From positions 1 to 64,000 of IMG/VR virus record IMGVR_UViG_3300041411_000129: 64,000 bases of DNA. One strand, given 5' to 3'. Of the stretch, positions 27,250-37,323 are shown piece by piece. The position numbers and the translations under genes were made by a program. Each line of letters begins with the position of its first letter. Positions within the stretch are counted from its first letter, which is position 1. The notes below the pieces were generated by a model that had not been told where the DNA came from, made no database searches, and saw only the letters and a program-made list of their open reading frames with translations.

Positions 27250-27843
27250 TTATGTAAATGCTTTAGCGGCGTCAAGCGCAAGGAATCTGCACACAGTGAT
27301 GCCGTCAACAGAGTGTTCGTCAAGATCCTTGATTGAGATGCCCTCCCCCTCAACGATGTTCACATCATCCATAATAAATTGACGAATTAATTCTTTATCG
27401 GTTTTATATTGCCCTTCCGGACACACCGCTTTCTTTGCCTTACCGGGAGAAACTTCGACGAATTGTAATGTCCGTCTATGTTTATAGCAAGTGTCGTCCA
27501 AATACTTCATGGCCGTTACAAGCGTCCGGTAGGTACTGATGTTTAGATGAGAAAACGGAGCCTCACATCCTACGATGTCTGGGTCGTACTCATCCAGTAT
27601 TTCTGCAAGGCGGTCATTTACAACAAGCAACCGAGCGTCAAGGTTGCCTCTGTTCGATGCAACCCCCGCGTACTTGTTATAAGCTGATTTATCAGCAGTA
27701 ACAGTTTCAGCAAAGATTACAGTCGATATACCTGTACGAAGATCGTGGTCTACAATCGTAAACCCGACCGTATTGGTGCCGTTGTCGATACCGAGGATTC
27801 GATATATCCAATGGCCGCTGAATCCTGGCTTAAGTTCGAACAT
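27250..27843 (-). CDS. ruvC: RuvC-like Holliday junction resolvase
   Basis: ILGIDNG, GCEAP, KKAV, DEHSVDG acidic motifs. Confidence 0.85.
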   Translation of the reverse strand: MFELKPGFSGHWIYRILGIDNGTNTVGFTIVDHDLRTGISTVIFAETVTADKSAYNKYAGVASNRGNLDARLLVVNDRLAEILDEYDPDIVGCEAPFSHLNISTYRTLVTAMKYLDDTCYKHRRTLQFVEVSPGKAKKAVCPEGQYKTDKELIRQFIMDDVNIVEGEGISIKDLDEHSVDGITVCRFLALDAAKAFT

Positions 27844-27851
27844 GACTGGTA

Positions 27852-27878
27852 GGCGCTACCGAAGTAGCGCCACTCCTT
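27852..27878 (-). promoter_or_regulatory. SD plus UUCG hairpin in ruvC initiation region
   Basis: AAGGAG-T-GGCGCTAC-TTCG-GTAGCGCC-8 nt-ATG. Confidence 0.7.
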
Positions 27879-28763
27879 TTAAGCGCCGGTGCCGATCGTT
27901 TCAAGGGTAGGGATCGACTGAGTGCCGAGCATCGGGATTTGGTTACCGACGTCGAATTGCAGAGTCAATTCCTGTTCGTTGTAGTACAACGCCTTGTGGT
28001 CAGCAGCGAACGCGTAGATTTGAGTACCGATCGCTTCGTTGAACTGGGTAGTACCCGAAGTGGTCTGTACGGTAACGGTGCGGTCAGCGGCTGTGCAGAG
28101 TGCGAACTCCGACATGATCGCATATTCCTCGTCACCACCATACAAGATCTTGGACACGTTGACGTACTCTTGCACGTCAGTGGTGGACAAGACGACAGGC
28201 AGCAAGGCAGATACTGCCAGCTTCACGTCAGTGGTGGTAGCGGCGCCGGTAGATGGCAGCTGGATCGGTTCTGGGTACAGGTTCGAGGTGTTAGGCACGA
28301 ACACGACTTCAGTAACGATACCATCTTCGGTAGTGATCTTCTTCATCACTACAGTCACATCATCCGTGGAGACGTGAATACGCAGACCGAAGTAAGCGTA
28401 GTAGTTGACGCCGTCAACCAACATCTCTACACGCAGAGCGTACTTGTCGCGGATGGACTTTGGAAAGTCGTCATCCACAGGACGCATTGCCATCGGCATT
28501 GGGTTGTAGAGCGAAGCGTTGTCGGCGTAGTGGTCCAGGATCGAAGTCTTGGCAATGCCGTTGTTACCGATCGACGCGGTGTGACCTTTGTTACCGGCCA
28601 TGAGGATGCAGAGCTTCACACGCTCAGTGGCGGTAGGACGCGCGTTCTCCTGAACTTCAAGACGCTCGTTCATGGTGGACTTGGCATCGATCACCGGATT
28701 TTGTCCGAGGAGTAACGAAACCAGAAGCTTAGCGCCGTAGACTGTGGCTTGTACCGTATTCAT
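27879..28763 (-). CDS. Virion structural protein (tail/baseplate)
   Basis: 294 aa; GNKGH, KYALR, YYAYF motifs as recalled for phiKZ-like virion proteins. Confidence 0.7.
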   Translation of the reverse strand: MNTVQATVYGAKLLVSLLLGQNPVIDAKSTMNERLEVQENARPTATERVKLCILMAGNKGHTASIGNNGIAKTSILDHYADNASLYNPMPMAMRPVDDDFPKSIRDKYALRVEMLVDGVNYYAYFGLRIHVSTDDVTVVMKKITTEDGIVTEVVFVPNTSNLYPEPIQLPSTGAATTTDVKLAVSALLPVVLSTTDVQEYVNVSKILYGGDEEYAIMSEFALCTAADRTVTVQTTSGTTQFNEAIGTQIYAFAADHKALYYNEQELTLQFDVGNQIPMLGTQSIPTLETIGTGA

Positions 28764-28772
28764 AGCTGTCCC

Positions 28773-29747
28773 TTAACGTGAGAAGAGTGGTGGTGTGGAT
28801 GCGTGGTTAAACGGCAGGTTTCCGGGAACCTTGCTGTCCGAGTACCGGTACGCAATCTTGAGGACACCAGTGATGTTGTTACACCATTTGCTCAGATCGA
28901 GACAGAACACGTAATTGTACGCTGGATCATTCACGGTGTGCGCAGTGCTCACGAAGCCGTTGTAGATGACTTCTGAGCCGTGGACGTTGAAAGGCAGTTC
29001 CTGATCAGGCACTGACACCCATTCGTCGCCAGTGAGACGACGGAGCAGCTGTGGTAGATTTACGAGGTCTGTCCACACGTAGCCAGTCGGAATCGTGTAC
29101 AGATACGACTCAGTTGCCCGACGATCATCGTGGGGCATGAAGGCGTCCGATAACTTCAGTTCACCATCTTCCAGAATCAAATCAACTGGAGGTAAGTCTT
29201 GGTTGCTGTCGCTATAGAACTGACGGATGTCCAACAGCGAATCGATAGTCGCACCGAGCAGCGTCAGAGACTGACGCGTGATCACTTTGAAGCTACCTGT
29301 GAAGATCAAGTGATCGCCAGAGATAATGATCAGGTAATCTGTGTTCTGAAGAGCTGGCAACAGTCCCTCACCGATAGGTTCCTGAGAAACCAGTTCGATG
29401 GTGATTAACGCAGGCTCCAACAACAGACCGTACTGTTCGTGCAGTGCAGTGATGATCGCAGCATCTGTAAGTTCAGGAACGTGAACCGCACAAGGCTCAC
29501 CGTTCAAGATTTGACCGATGTCTACCCGGCGATACATCAGGCGCTGAACTTCTTCACTCCAACCGTTGGTCGAGGCGAACTTGATATCAACCGACGTCAG
29601 TCCTTCCTCACCTTCATTAACTGGAAGACCGAACAGTAACTGCTCAGGTTTCAGCAACCGGTTGTTTGTAGCGTTGATGTAGTCGACCAACAGCTCCTTA
29701 GAGGGCTTGCTGTATCGAGCTATCCTTGGTTTCTTGAGTGTGTACAT
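28773..29747 (-). CDS. Virion structural protein, tail-fibre-family N-terminal domain
   Basis: FGLP, MYRRVDI, FTGS. Confidence 0.7.
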   Translation of the reverse strand: MYTLKKPRIARYSKPSKELLVDYINATNNRLLKPEQLLFGLPVNEGEEGLTSVDIKFASTNGWSEEVQRLMYRRVDIGQILNGEPCAVHVPELTDAAIITALHEQYGLLLEPALITIELVSQEPIGEGLLPALQNTDYLIIISGDHLIFTGSFKVITRQSLTLLGATIDSLLDIRQFYSDSNQDLPPVDLILEDGELKLSDAFMPHDDRRATESYLYTIPTGYVWTDLVNLPQLLRRLTGDEWVSVPDQELPFNVHGSEVIYNGFVSTAHTVNDPAYNYVFCLDLSKWCNNITGVLKIAYRYSDSKVPGNLPFNHASTPPLFSR

Positions 29748-29762
29748 TTATCACCTCAGGCC

Positions 29763-30272
29763 CTATAAAGCAGGTGGCCACAATCCGTCAAGTATATTGT
29801 TCGAGAAAGCGTCGGAGAGGAGGATCGAAGTCCCAGGTTCTCCCAGCGTTACTGTCGTTTCACCAACCCATCTCAACGAATTCGGTTTGGCCTTGAGGAT
29901 GAAGCTGCTACCCGTCACGAGTGCGTTCTCAAAGTCCATGTCCGTAATCACCAAGCCTGAAGCCAACGCGATGTTGTTCATCACGCCCTTTACCGTAATG
30001 GGCGGCGTTAGATCCAGACTCATACCACCGAAGACGTCCGCTACATGCAATCTATTGTAGCGGTACGTCATCTGACCTGTATGCTGTCTATAGATGTTTT
30101 CATCTCTAGACTCATGCGTGGTGATCACCACGTTGGTCACAGCACCTTCAACAATCATCGGAGGACCGATGGATGCGAACTCTGCTCTCAAGTGGAGATT
30201 GAAATGGTTATTGGCCATGATCAGTAACGCCACGGCAGGATCGAACTTCAATAACCGTAGCGTGTCAGTCAT
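29763..30272 (-). CDS. Virion structural protein, tail-fibre family
   Basis: YRYNRL, SLRWVG, NILDGL. Confidence 0.7.
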   Translation of the reverse strand: MTDTLRLLKFDPAVALLIMANNHFNLHLRAEFASIGPPMIVEGAVTNVVITTHESRDENIYRQHTGQMTYRYNRLHVADVFGGMSLDLTPPITVKGVMNNIALASGLVITDMDFENALVTGSSFILKAKPNSLRWVGETTVTLGEPGTSILLSDAFSNNILDGLWPPAL

Positions 30273-30290
30273 GGGATTATCCGTTAGGTC

Positions 30291-31250
30291 TTAAGGTGTC
30301 CGAGTGTATTCAACCAAGATGGCGCCACAGTAAGCCAACGAGTTGTTAGCAAACGTCACTGGGAAGGAAGCCTTAGCCCCTACCGCAATAGTAGGCATCG
30401 CAGTTGGTTTAATATCAGTCGCTGCAATCACACATCCCATTTGCGCTGAAAGTAACGCAGCGAGTTGTGTCATGTTAGCGTAGCCTGGTCCACCGAACTT
30501 AACAGGGCGTCTGAAGGTCAATGGCCACGATCTGCGACCGTAGTAGACCGTTAGTGCCCCGATGTATGGAACGCCGTTGAACGTCAACAGGAGCGCTGTG
30601 TTGTCACCGGCATCCTGAGGTCCATTCTCAGATACCTGAGAGATGGTAAACATGTTCGATTGGATCGGCTCTGCCAACGAGGCAGCATTCATCAAGTTCA
30701 GGTGGGTAGCAATCTGATTCTTGATGTTAAGGCTAATGAATGCATCGGTGTGAGACAACGTCAGCGTATTAACCAGAATGCGGCCAGCGATCTCAAGACC
30801 CAGACGGGCAATCACGCAATCAATTTCACCTACCCACCGATACGAGTCGGCGGCTGAGATTACTGCGACTGTACCTAACTGATCGTAGCTGTCTTCAACG
30901 AAGTCAGTTTCACCGATTGGAATCCTGTACGGCCAGAAGAGATTACCCATCAAGTCTTTTGGAGTCGATGGTATCTCAGCCGCTACAGATAGATTCACCC
31001 CAGACAAGAAAGCTGGCAGGCTAAGCCGTTGGTATTCGAATGTGAACGTACCCACTCGATCCCACAGACTAACCGGAGCCTTACTCTTGTCGATCGACAC
31101 CTTAACGCTGGTATTGACACCGCCAAGCGATACAGGTGCTTCTATCTTCAGATGTGTGGCTTTGAGGGGAGCTTTTAACTTCTCCCCAATTTGAGCCCTC
31201 AACGCATCGAGTGGATGCATCTTCAAGAGTGTTTCTGGTGCAATGCTCAT
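30291..31250 (-). CDS. Virion structural protein, two family domains
   Basis: FEYQRL..SYRWVG and VYYGRR..SLAYCG. Confidence 0.7.
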   Translation of the reverse strand: MSIAPETLLKMHPLDALRAQIGEKLKAPLKATHLKIEAPVSLGGVNTSVKVSIDKSKAPVSLWDRVGTFTFEYQRLSLPAFLSGVNLSVAAEIPSTPKDLMGNLFWPYRIPIGETDFVEDSYDQLGTVAVISAADSYRWVGEIDCVIARLGLEIAGRILVNTLTLSHTDAFISLNIKNQIATHLNLMNAASLAEPIQSNMFTISQVSENGPQDAGDNTALLLTFNGVPYIGALTVYYGRRSWPLTFRRPVKFGGPGYANMTQLAALLSAQMGCVIAATDIKPTAMPTIAVGAKASFPVTFANNSLAYCGAILVEYTRTP

Positions 31251-31260
31251 GAGTGCATCC

Positions 31261-33489
31261 TTAGATACCCAGGAAGTTCTTTCTACGCGCTTCGGTCAGG
31301 AGTTCATATCCGACGAGACTATCGTCGATGATCAGACTACCCAGCGGTTGGTCAGGGATCGGAAGATACCCAACAACATCCGTCTGAACAATCTCGCTGA
31401 TGTCAGTCTGAGGACTTTCAATCAACGTCATTCTTGGAAGCGGCATGTCGATCTGTTGTTTCAGCTCGATGCTACCTACAAGCTTGATACCAACGTCAGC
31501 AGGGACCTTAGCCATTACCCGTAGGTCTCTGGCGGTCATGTTGACTTTCGGATACGGCATCAACTGCTGCATGTACATCTTGCCGTTTTCATGAAGATTC
31601 ATGATAGTAGGCAGAGGGTTCTCTACGTCGTAGTAACTGTCGGACCATTCTTTAGGAACGGAAAGCTTTGGGAACTTACCATCAACAATCTTAATAGGAC
31701 TGTCGTTGATCTGACCGATGTATTGAACCGTGTACGAAGACAGCGCTGTCATGACGCGAAGCATCGCAGAGTGGACTTCACGCACCCGCGTTGCGTTAGA
31801 AAGATTACTACCTGTAGCTGTGTTGAAGATCTGGTCAGCCATCATGGAGAATTCGAGATCCCCCATTCCGGTAATGTCGATGCCGACACTATTCAACCAG
31901 TTGTCGTAGTTCATCTCACCCGCAAGGTCAATGCGGATGTCCATGTAGCAATGGTCGATGATCGTGTGCAGCTCACCTTCGGCTTTGTAGTCGCCGTTGT
32001 AGTTCCGCATGTCACGATGATGCAACATCAAAGCTTGAATTTCTTTACAGGTGTCGCGGAATGCTTCGATGCTGACGTACGTACCGATCTGCACCTGAGT
32101 ATCCAGAATGTAGTCGATGTAGTATTCAGGCACCTTCTTACGCGTTGTCATGCTCATCAACCTTTCCTTGGTAGGCAAAGGGATACGACGAACACGACGA
32201 GCGTTCACGATCGGAACATGAGAAAGCTTCTGACCGATAGAACGGTTGTAGGCGTAGAGGTAGAAAATAAAGGCATTCTTAACCGAGAGACGGTAGAGAT
32301 CACCGTTTGCAGGGTTAGTGAACACGACCACTGAATTAAAGCGTTTGTAATGCGCCAAGTAAATCCAATGGTTGAGCAACACCTCTGTCAGCGTGAATGG
32401 CTCAGCATCAGTCCGGTCAACCACGTTCGATTCGAGTACCTTGGTCTTAAGCCGGTTGCCCTTGAACTTGTTCATCTCAGCGAAGACATCTTCTACGACG
32501 TCGTCCTGAATAACGATGTTGTCACGAGCGAGCGGAGTCTCGAGTTCAAGAAGTTCCTGAGGACTCTTAACACTGCTACCCATCGCAGGCTCAATGCCGT
32601 TAATGGTCTTACGAACGAATACAACCAGTGGCTTCAGATCAATCGTCAGCCTTTCGTAGTCGTGCTCAAGATCGTAGCCTGCCAACGAGAAGCCGCGGTC
32701 AGTCAGATACTTCTGAGTAATCAGATCGAACGTCTCGCCACGACCGAGGTTCAAGTTCAAGTAACGGATGTTCCGGTACGTAAACAGTTTCTGCTTCAGC
32801 GTCATGAGATCGAACTCATCACCTACAGCTTGGTTAAAGCTGCTGATGTATTGACGCAGGTGGTAACTGTGGGCCTGATCCGTTTTGCAGACAGCCTTAC
32901 GACTGTTCAATACCACTTGAGTCAGGCGGGTATAAAGGATACCTAAGAACGCTGGATAGTAGAACGGCTCGAACAATGCGTAGTCCGAGTTATCCCACCG
33001 TTTAAAGCAATGGGTGATGTAACGCTGGATATCAGGAATCAACTGTTGCTCTGAGGCCTCCACCAGAGACGCGTCATACTTGAGGATAGTATGGTCAGCG
33101 GCTTGGATAGCTGTCCCTATGTCAATCGGGTTAACGATCCCGTTGATCAGCATTTGTTGATCCGGGTAAGCCGCTACCAATTCCTGATAGTAGCTGCTCC
33201 CGTAGGTGTATTCCTTTCTCGTTGCAGCGTGGATCTTTAAGTTGGCTTGTGTGAAGTCAATGATCGTGTTGTCATCGAGGGAGGTTACTTGCATCATCAC
33301 GTTACTGGAATGATACAAACCCGCGTTGTTCCTGTAGTACTTCCAGGTGTACGGATCATTGAGATCGACAGCTATCCCCGCTTTAAGTAACCGCCGGTTC
33401 ATCATGTCGGCAGTGTAGCTACTTTTAATCACGAGTGTCGCGACAAGCTTTATAATGCTTTTGATGTAAAGCCTGTAGTAGGCATTCAT
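31261..33489 (-). CDS. Virion structural/baseplate protein (phiKZ gp128-like)
   Basis: 742 aa; WKYY, SLDD, LSSYTVQ; divergent from portal gene. Confidence 0.75.
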   Translation of the reverse strand: MNAYYRLYIKSIIKLVATLVIKSSYTADMMNRRLLKAGIAVDLNDPYTWKYYRNNAGLYHSSNVMMQVTSLDDNTIIDFTQANLKIHAATRKEYTYGSSYYQELVAAYPDQQMLINGIVNPIDIGTAIQAADHTILKYDASLVEASEQQLIPDIQRYITHCFKRWDNSDYALFEPFYYPAFLGILYTRLTQVVLNSRKAVCKTDQAHSYHLRQYISSFNQAVGDEFDLMTLKQKLFTYRNIRYLNLNLGRGETFDLITQKYLTDRGFSLAGYDLEHDYERLTIDLKPLVVFVRKTINGIEPAMGSSVKSPQELLELETPLARDNIVIQDDVVEDVFAEMNKFKGNRLKTKVLESNVVDRTDAEPFTLTEVLLNHWIYLAHYKRFNSVVVFTNPANGDLYRLSVKNAFIFYLYAYNRSIGQKLSHVPIVNARRVRRIPLPTKERLMSMTTRKKVPEYYIDYILDTQVQIGTYVSIEAFRDTCKEIQALMLHHRDMRNYNGDYKAEGELHTIIDHCYMDIRIDLAGEMNYDNWLNSVGIDITGMGDLEFSMMADQIFNTATGSNLSNATRVREVHSAMLRVMTALSSYTVQYIGQINDSPIKIVDGKFPKLSVPKEWSDSYYDVENPLPTIMNLHENGKMYMQQLMPYPKVNMTARDLRVMAKVPADVGIKLVGSIELKQQIDMPLPRMTLIESPQTDISEIVQTDVVGYLPIPDQPLGSLIIDDSLVGYELLTEARRKNFLGI

Positions 33490-33521
33490 GACTTACCCCG
33501 ATCTTAGTAGGAGAGGATTAA

Positions 33522-36380
33522 ATGGCAGCAGATGACGAACGCGCGCAGAAGAAAGTCTCGCAGTTCAGGAATTTAAGTAAGGCTGATGAACGCGTTCTTG
33601 GTCGTCTGGTCACTGACCGTACCGATCCGAACCGCGGTAAACTCAAGGATGTCGATCTCAGTGCCGTGGGGGCCGTAACACGCCGCACACTTCGTGACGC
33701 CACTGACATTCGTAACATCTTCCAAGTTCAGCCGGACTTGAACATTGCTCGAGAAATCCTGGTCAGCGCTGTGGTATCGCCAGGCGATCTATCGTCGACC
33801 ACATTGATCTTCAGTAGCAAGATCGACGGCAAAGAAACGGCGCTCACAGCCCAGATGGTGGATGTCATCGAGAAATTCTTCATTACTGAGAAGAACCTCG
33901 ACAAGAAGATCACCGGCTGGATTGATGATGCATTGGTTTGGTCGGGCGCACACCCAATCATGATTATCCCCGAGGCTTCTATCGATCGGATGATCAACGG
34001 CGCTCAATCGGCCAGTATGGAGTCCGTGGCTAGCTTTGACGGCGAATGGATGAATGGCTGGTATAAGCCAAAAGGCATCCTCGGTCTGGCTCTACCGACA
34101 GCAAAGGGCATCGACTACGTCAGCTTGGAGTCAAGCCAACGGAGGATAAACACCACGGATATGGCGGATTATCATACCATCAAGATGATGGGTGATACTA
34201 AAGAAACAAAGGGTAAGAAGATCTCTCTCCCTATCCGCGTTACCGACAACTTGGCAGCATTCCGTATGCCGGCCGTGATGGAAGCCAAACGCACCAAGAT
34301 GCGCGAATCGGTTTACGGTAACCCTTCGATGGAATCCCGTCGCCGCCGTCGGGCTCAGCGTGAAGCTGATGCTTCTCAGAATGCTAATGGTGAAGGCACA
34401 GGTGTTGGCAAGAAAGCTGCTCAATCTCCGGGCGCAGTTCACAGCCAGTTCTTCAAACCCCCACAGGGAATGAAGCGTAGCCGCCTTGAGGTCGTGCCTA
34501 CTCGTAAGCAGGTTGGTGGCGAAGCCATCGGTCACCCTCTTGAGTATCACCTCGCTATCGAAGCTGTGATGCCTATCTGTGTTCCGGGTGACCCAACCAA
34601 CATCGTTGGGTATTTGGTAGCTCAGGATCAGAATGGATTCCCGCTATCATTCTCACGGCGGGTGGATTATTACAGCGACATTCGTCGCGGTGCAATGGGT
34701 GGTGATCAGGTTGGCTCCAGTAGCCAAGTCTCTGGTGAGTTGCTCAACATGGCAAACGAAACCCTCAACGGGGGTATCTCGAATGCCAGTGATGCATTGA
34801 TCGACCGTTTGGTTCAGTTGCACGGTGAGGTGGTTGAACACGACATCATCGCTCGGATCTCTTCTGGTCTGCTCGGTGGTGAAGTTGAAATCGCTCGTAG
34901 CGAGCACATCGACAAGTTGATGTTTGCACGTACCATGAAGAACCAGCAAACCATCCTGCTGTACGTTCCTGCTGAGCTCATGATCTACATGTGCTTCGAT
35001 GTGAACGAGTATGGTGTTGGTAAATCGATCCTTGACGACGCTAAGGCGTTGGCAGCAATGCGTGCAACTCTGCTCGTAGCCAACATCATCGGCGCTGTGA
35101 AGAACGCGATTCCTGGTAAAGACATCAACATCACGTTGGACGCTAAGGACGGTGACCCGGTTGGTACGGTTACATTCCTGTCGAACGAAGCGATGGCGCT
35201 GTCGTATCACCAGTTCCCAACTGGTATCATCAGTGTTCAAGGTTTGGCTGAACAACTTCAGATGTCGGGTTACTCGGTTAACGTAACGGGCCACCCTGCT
35301 TATCCTGAAGTATCGACCACCATTACCCCGCGTGAAAGCAACTACGTGCCTGTTGACACCGACCTGCTGAACTCGCTGCGTAGTGACCTGCATCGGGTGT
35401 TCTCTCTGACGCCTGAGATGGTCGATGGCGTGAATGAGCCTGACTTTGCTACGACGGTGGTGGCTAACCACTTGATGCTCCTGAAACGCGTCATGGTGCT
35501 TCAGAACATCGCTAACCCACAGATCACTGACTACGTACGTGTGTTCACGTATAACTCGGGGATTCTGCTGGAACAGCTGATGGACATCATTGATAACAAC
35601 GAGAAGCTCATCCCTGATGAGTACAAGGAAGATCCTGAGGCTTTCCTCGAGGCTTTCCTGAACTCACTCGTCGTTAACCTGCCAGCGCCTAGCACTGACA
35701 ACCTGACCAAACAGATCGAGTTGTACACCAAGTATTCGGAAGCTCTGGATCTCCTCCTACCAGCCTACGTTACCGAAGAGTACTTCCACGGTTACACCAG
35801 CGACACGGTCAAAGAAGCAATCCCAACAGTCATCGCATCGCTCAAGGGTATCGAGCTGCGTCGTTGGATGCGTGAACGTGGGTTCTTCCGTGAGTTGGAT
35901 ATCTTCGTCAACACTGAAGATGGCAGCCCACTGATGAACCTCAACGAAGAAATGAAGCAGCACGTTGCAGCGTTGAACGCTGGTCTGGGTGATTACATCA
36001 AGATCGTGGCTGAAGATGCTTATAAGCATCGTAAGGATCAGGAACGTCTGAAGAAGCTTGACCAGAAAGTGAAAGACGCCATGGCGGAACTTGGTCAGGA
36101 TGAACCAGAGCCAGAACCTGACTTCGATGCAGAAGCTCCAGTGCCGGACATTACCGATCCTGATGCAGAAGAACCAGCAGCTGAAGATGAGCTGTCTCTG
36201 GACGAACCTGCACCGGAAGAGGAAGCTCCGGCTGAAGAAGAGAAGCCTGAAGATGCTGAAGAAACTCCTGAAGAGGAGAAACCAGTGGAAGAAGAGGCTC
36301 CTGTAGAAGAACCTGTTGAAGATGAACCAACTGATGGTAAGCCTGCGGCCCCTGAAGATGAGTTCAAGCTTGACTTGTAA
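33522..36380 (+). CDS. Portal protein (phiKZ gp129-like) with acidic C-terminal tail
   Basis: 952 aa; S-M-E-S motifs, GVGKSIL; synteny. Confidence 0.8.
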   Translation: MAADDERAQKKVSQFRNLSKADERVLGRLVTDRTDPNRGKLKDVDLSAVGAVTRRTLRDATDIRNIFQVQPDLNIAREILVSAVVSPGDLSSTTLIFSSKIDGKETALTAQMVDVIEKFFITEKNLDKKITGWIDDALVWSGAHPIMIIPEASIDRMINGAQSASMESVASFDGEWMNGWYKPKGILGLALPTAKGIDYVSLESSQRRINTTDMADYHTIKMMGDTKETKGKKISLPIRVTDNLAAFRMPAVMEAKRTKMRESVYGNPSMESRRRRRAQREADASQNANGEGTGVGKKAAQSPGAVHSQFFKPPQGMKRSRLEVVPTRKQVGGEAIGHPLEYHLAIEAVMPICVPGDPTNIVGYLVAQDQNGFPLSFSRRVDYYSDIRRGAMGGDQVGSSSQVSGELLNMANETLNGGISNASDALIDRLVQLHGEVVEHDIIARISSGLLGGEVEIARSEHIDKLMFARTMKNQQTILLYVPAELMIYMCFDVNEYGVGKSILDDAKALAAMRATLLVANIIGAVKNAIPGKDINITLDAKDGDPVGTVTFLSNEAMALSYHQFPTGIISVQGLAEQLQMSGYSVNVTGHPAYPEVSTTITPRESNYVPVDTDLLNSLRSDLHRVFSLTPEMVDGVNEPDFATTVVANHLMLLKRVMVLQNIANPQITDYVRVFTYNSGILLEQLMDIIDNNEKLIPDEYKEDPEAFLEAFLNSLVVNLPAPSTDNLTKQIELYTKYSEALDLLLPAYVTEEYFHGYTSDTVKEAIPTVIASLKGIELRRWMRERGFFRELDIFVNTEDGSPLMNLNEEMKQHVAALNAGLGDYIKIVAEDAYKHRKDQERLKKLDQKVKDAMAELGQDEPEPEPDFDAEAPVPDITDPDAEEPAAEDELSLDEPAPEEEAPAEEEKPEDAEETPEEEKPVEEEAPVEEPVEDEPTDGKPAAPEDEFKLDL

Positions 36381-36389
36381 GTGATTGGG

Positions 36390-36430
36390 GTGGACAGGAT
36401 CTTAATGGTCCTGTCCACTTCGCTTTATGC
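36390..36430 (+). terminator. Hairpin after portal gene
   Basis: GTGGACAGGAT...GTCCTGTCCAC-TTCGCTTTATG. Confidence 0.7.
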
Positions 36431-36631
36431 TGCGTGTTAATTATTCACTATCACACTTGCTTTTATGTTAAAGAGCTTTCTTCCTTATTCTAGAGGAGAC
36501 GTAGTAACCTAGACTAGAAGTCTAGGGGACGAAGTCGACGATGGACTAACGTGAAGGAGTCGTAGACGACTGAACCTCTCTAGTTCTTTACTAGGGAAGG
36601 GGAGGGGGCTTTTTGCTGTATAGTCAAATTT

Positions 36632-36649
36632 ACTTGGGTGATACATTAC
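36632..36649 (+). promoter_or_regulatory. Putative early promoter
   Basis: Ends in ATACATTAC, same 3' half as 20863. Confidence 0.55.
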
Positions 36650-36684
36650 AAATCCGATAAGCAATCCCCCGAGGAAACAACATC

Positions 36685-37311
36685 ATGATCAGTGGCACGA
36701 TGAGATTCGCCGTAGGCTGCGTAGTTGCTGCTGGTGGCCTCTTGGTGACTTACAAAGCAGGTATGGACCTGTACGAGAAGCATCAGCAGAACAAAGAGAT
36801 CCGCGCCTACAAAGAGGCGCTCAGAATCCACAACAGCTATTACGAGGAAGAATACAAACTACCATTAGCAGACTACATGGAACGGCTGGCTGTACCGTTT
36901 CGGTACGTCCATCGCTTTCCGTACGTTAAATGCACAAAGCCCGAGAAGTACGAAATCCTGATGTGTCCTTTCGGGGTACTCATCAATCATGACGTAGCGC
37001 TGATGCTAGCGTGCGCTATGGCGCGTAAGCAGTTCCAGTACGACTACCCTAAGGTTCTTGGCGGGGGTCCTCTGGTGTGGTCTGTAGCGCAGACGCGTTA
37101 TGTCACGCAAGACAATCTGGAAAGCGGAATGAGAGACCTGTTCCACGCCGAGTATACGGCTGAGCAGTATCTCGAACAATGCTTGCACTTCCGCAAGCAG
37201 ATGAAAGAACACAAGGGAGAACCAATCGTTCTCTTCGTCCAGAAACAATCCAAAATCATTCGCCACTTACTCAATGATGATTCATTCGAACCCGGCGAAG
37301 ACATGCTCTAA
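36685..37311 (+). CDS. Hypothetical early protein with N-terminal hydrophobic segment
   Basis: 208 aa, SD GAGGA. Confidence 0.8.
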   Translation: MISGTMRFAVGCVVAAGGLLVTYKAGMDLYEKHQQNKEIRAYKEALRIHNSYYEEEYKLPLADYMERLAVPFRYVHRFPYVKCTKPEKYEILMCPFGVLINHDVALMLACAMARKQFQYDYPKVLGGGPLVWSVAQTRYVTQDNLESGMRDLFHAEYTAEQYLEQCLHFRKQMKEHKGEPIVLFVQKQSKIIRHLLNDDSFEPGEDML

Positions 37312-37323
37312 AGGAGAGTAGCA

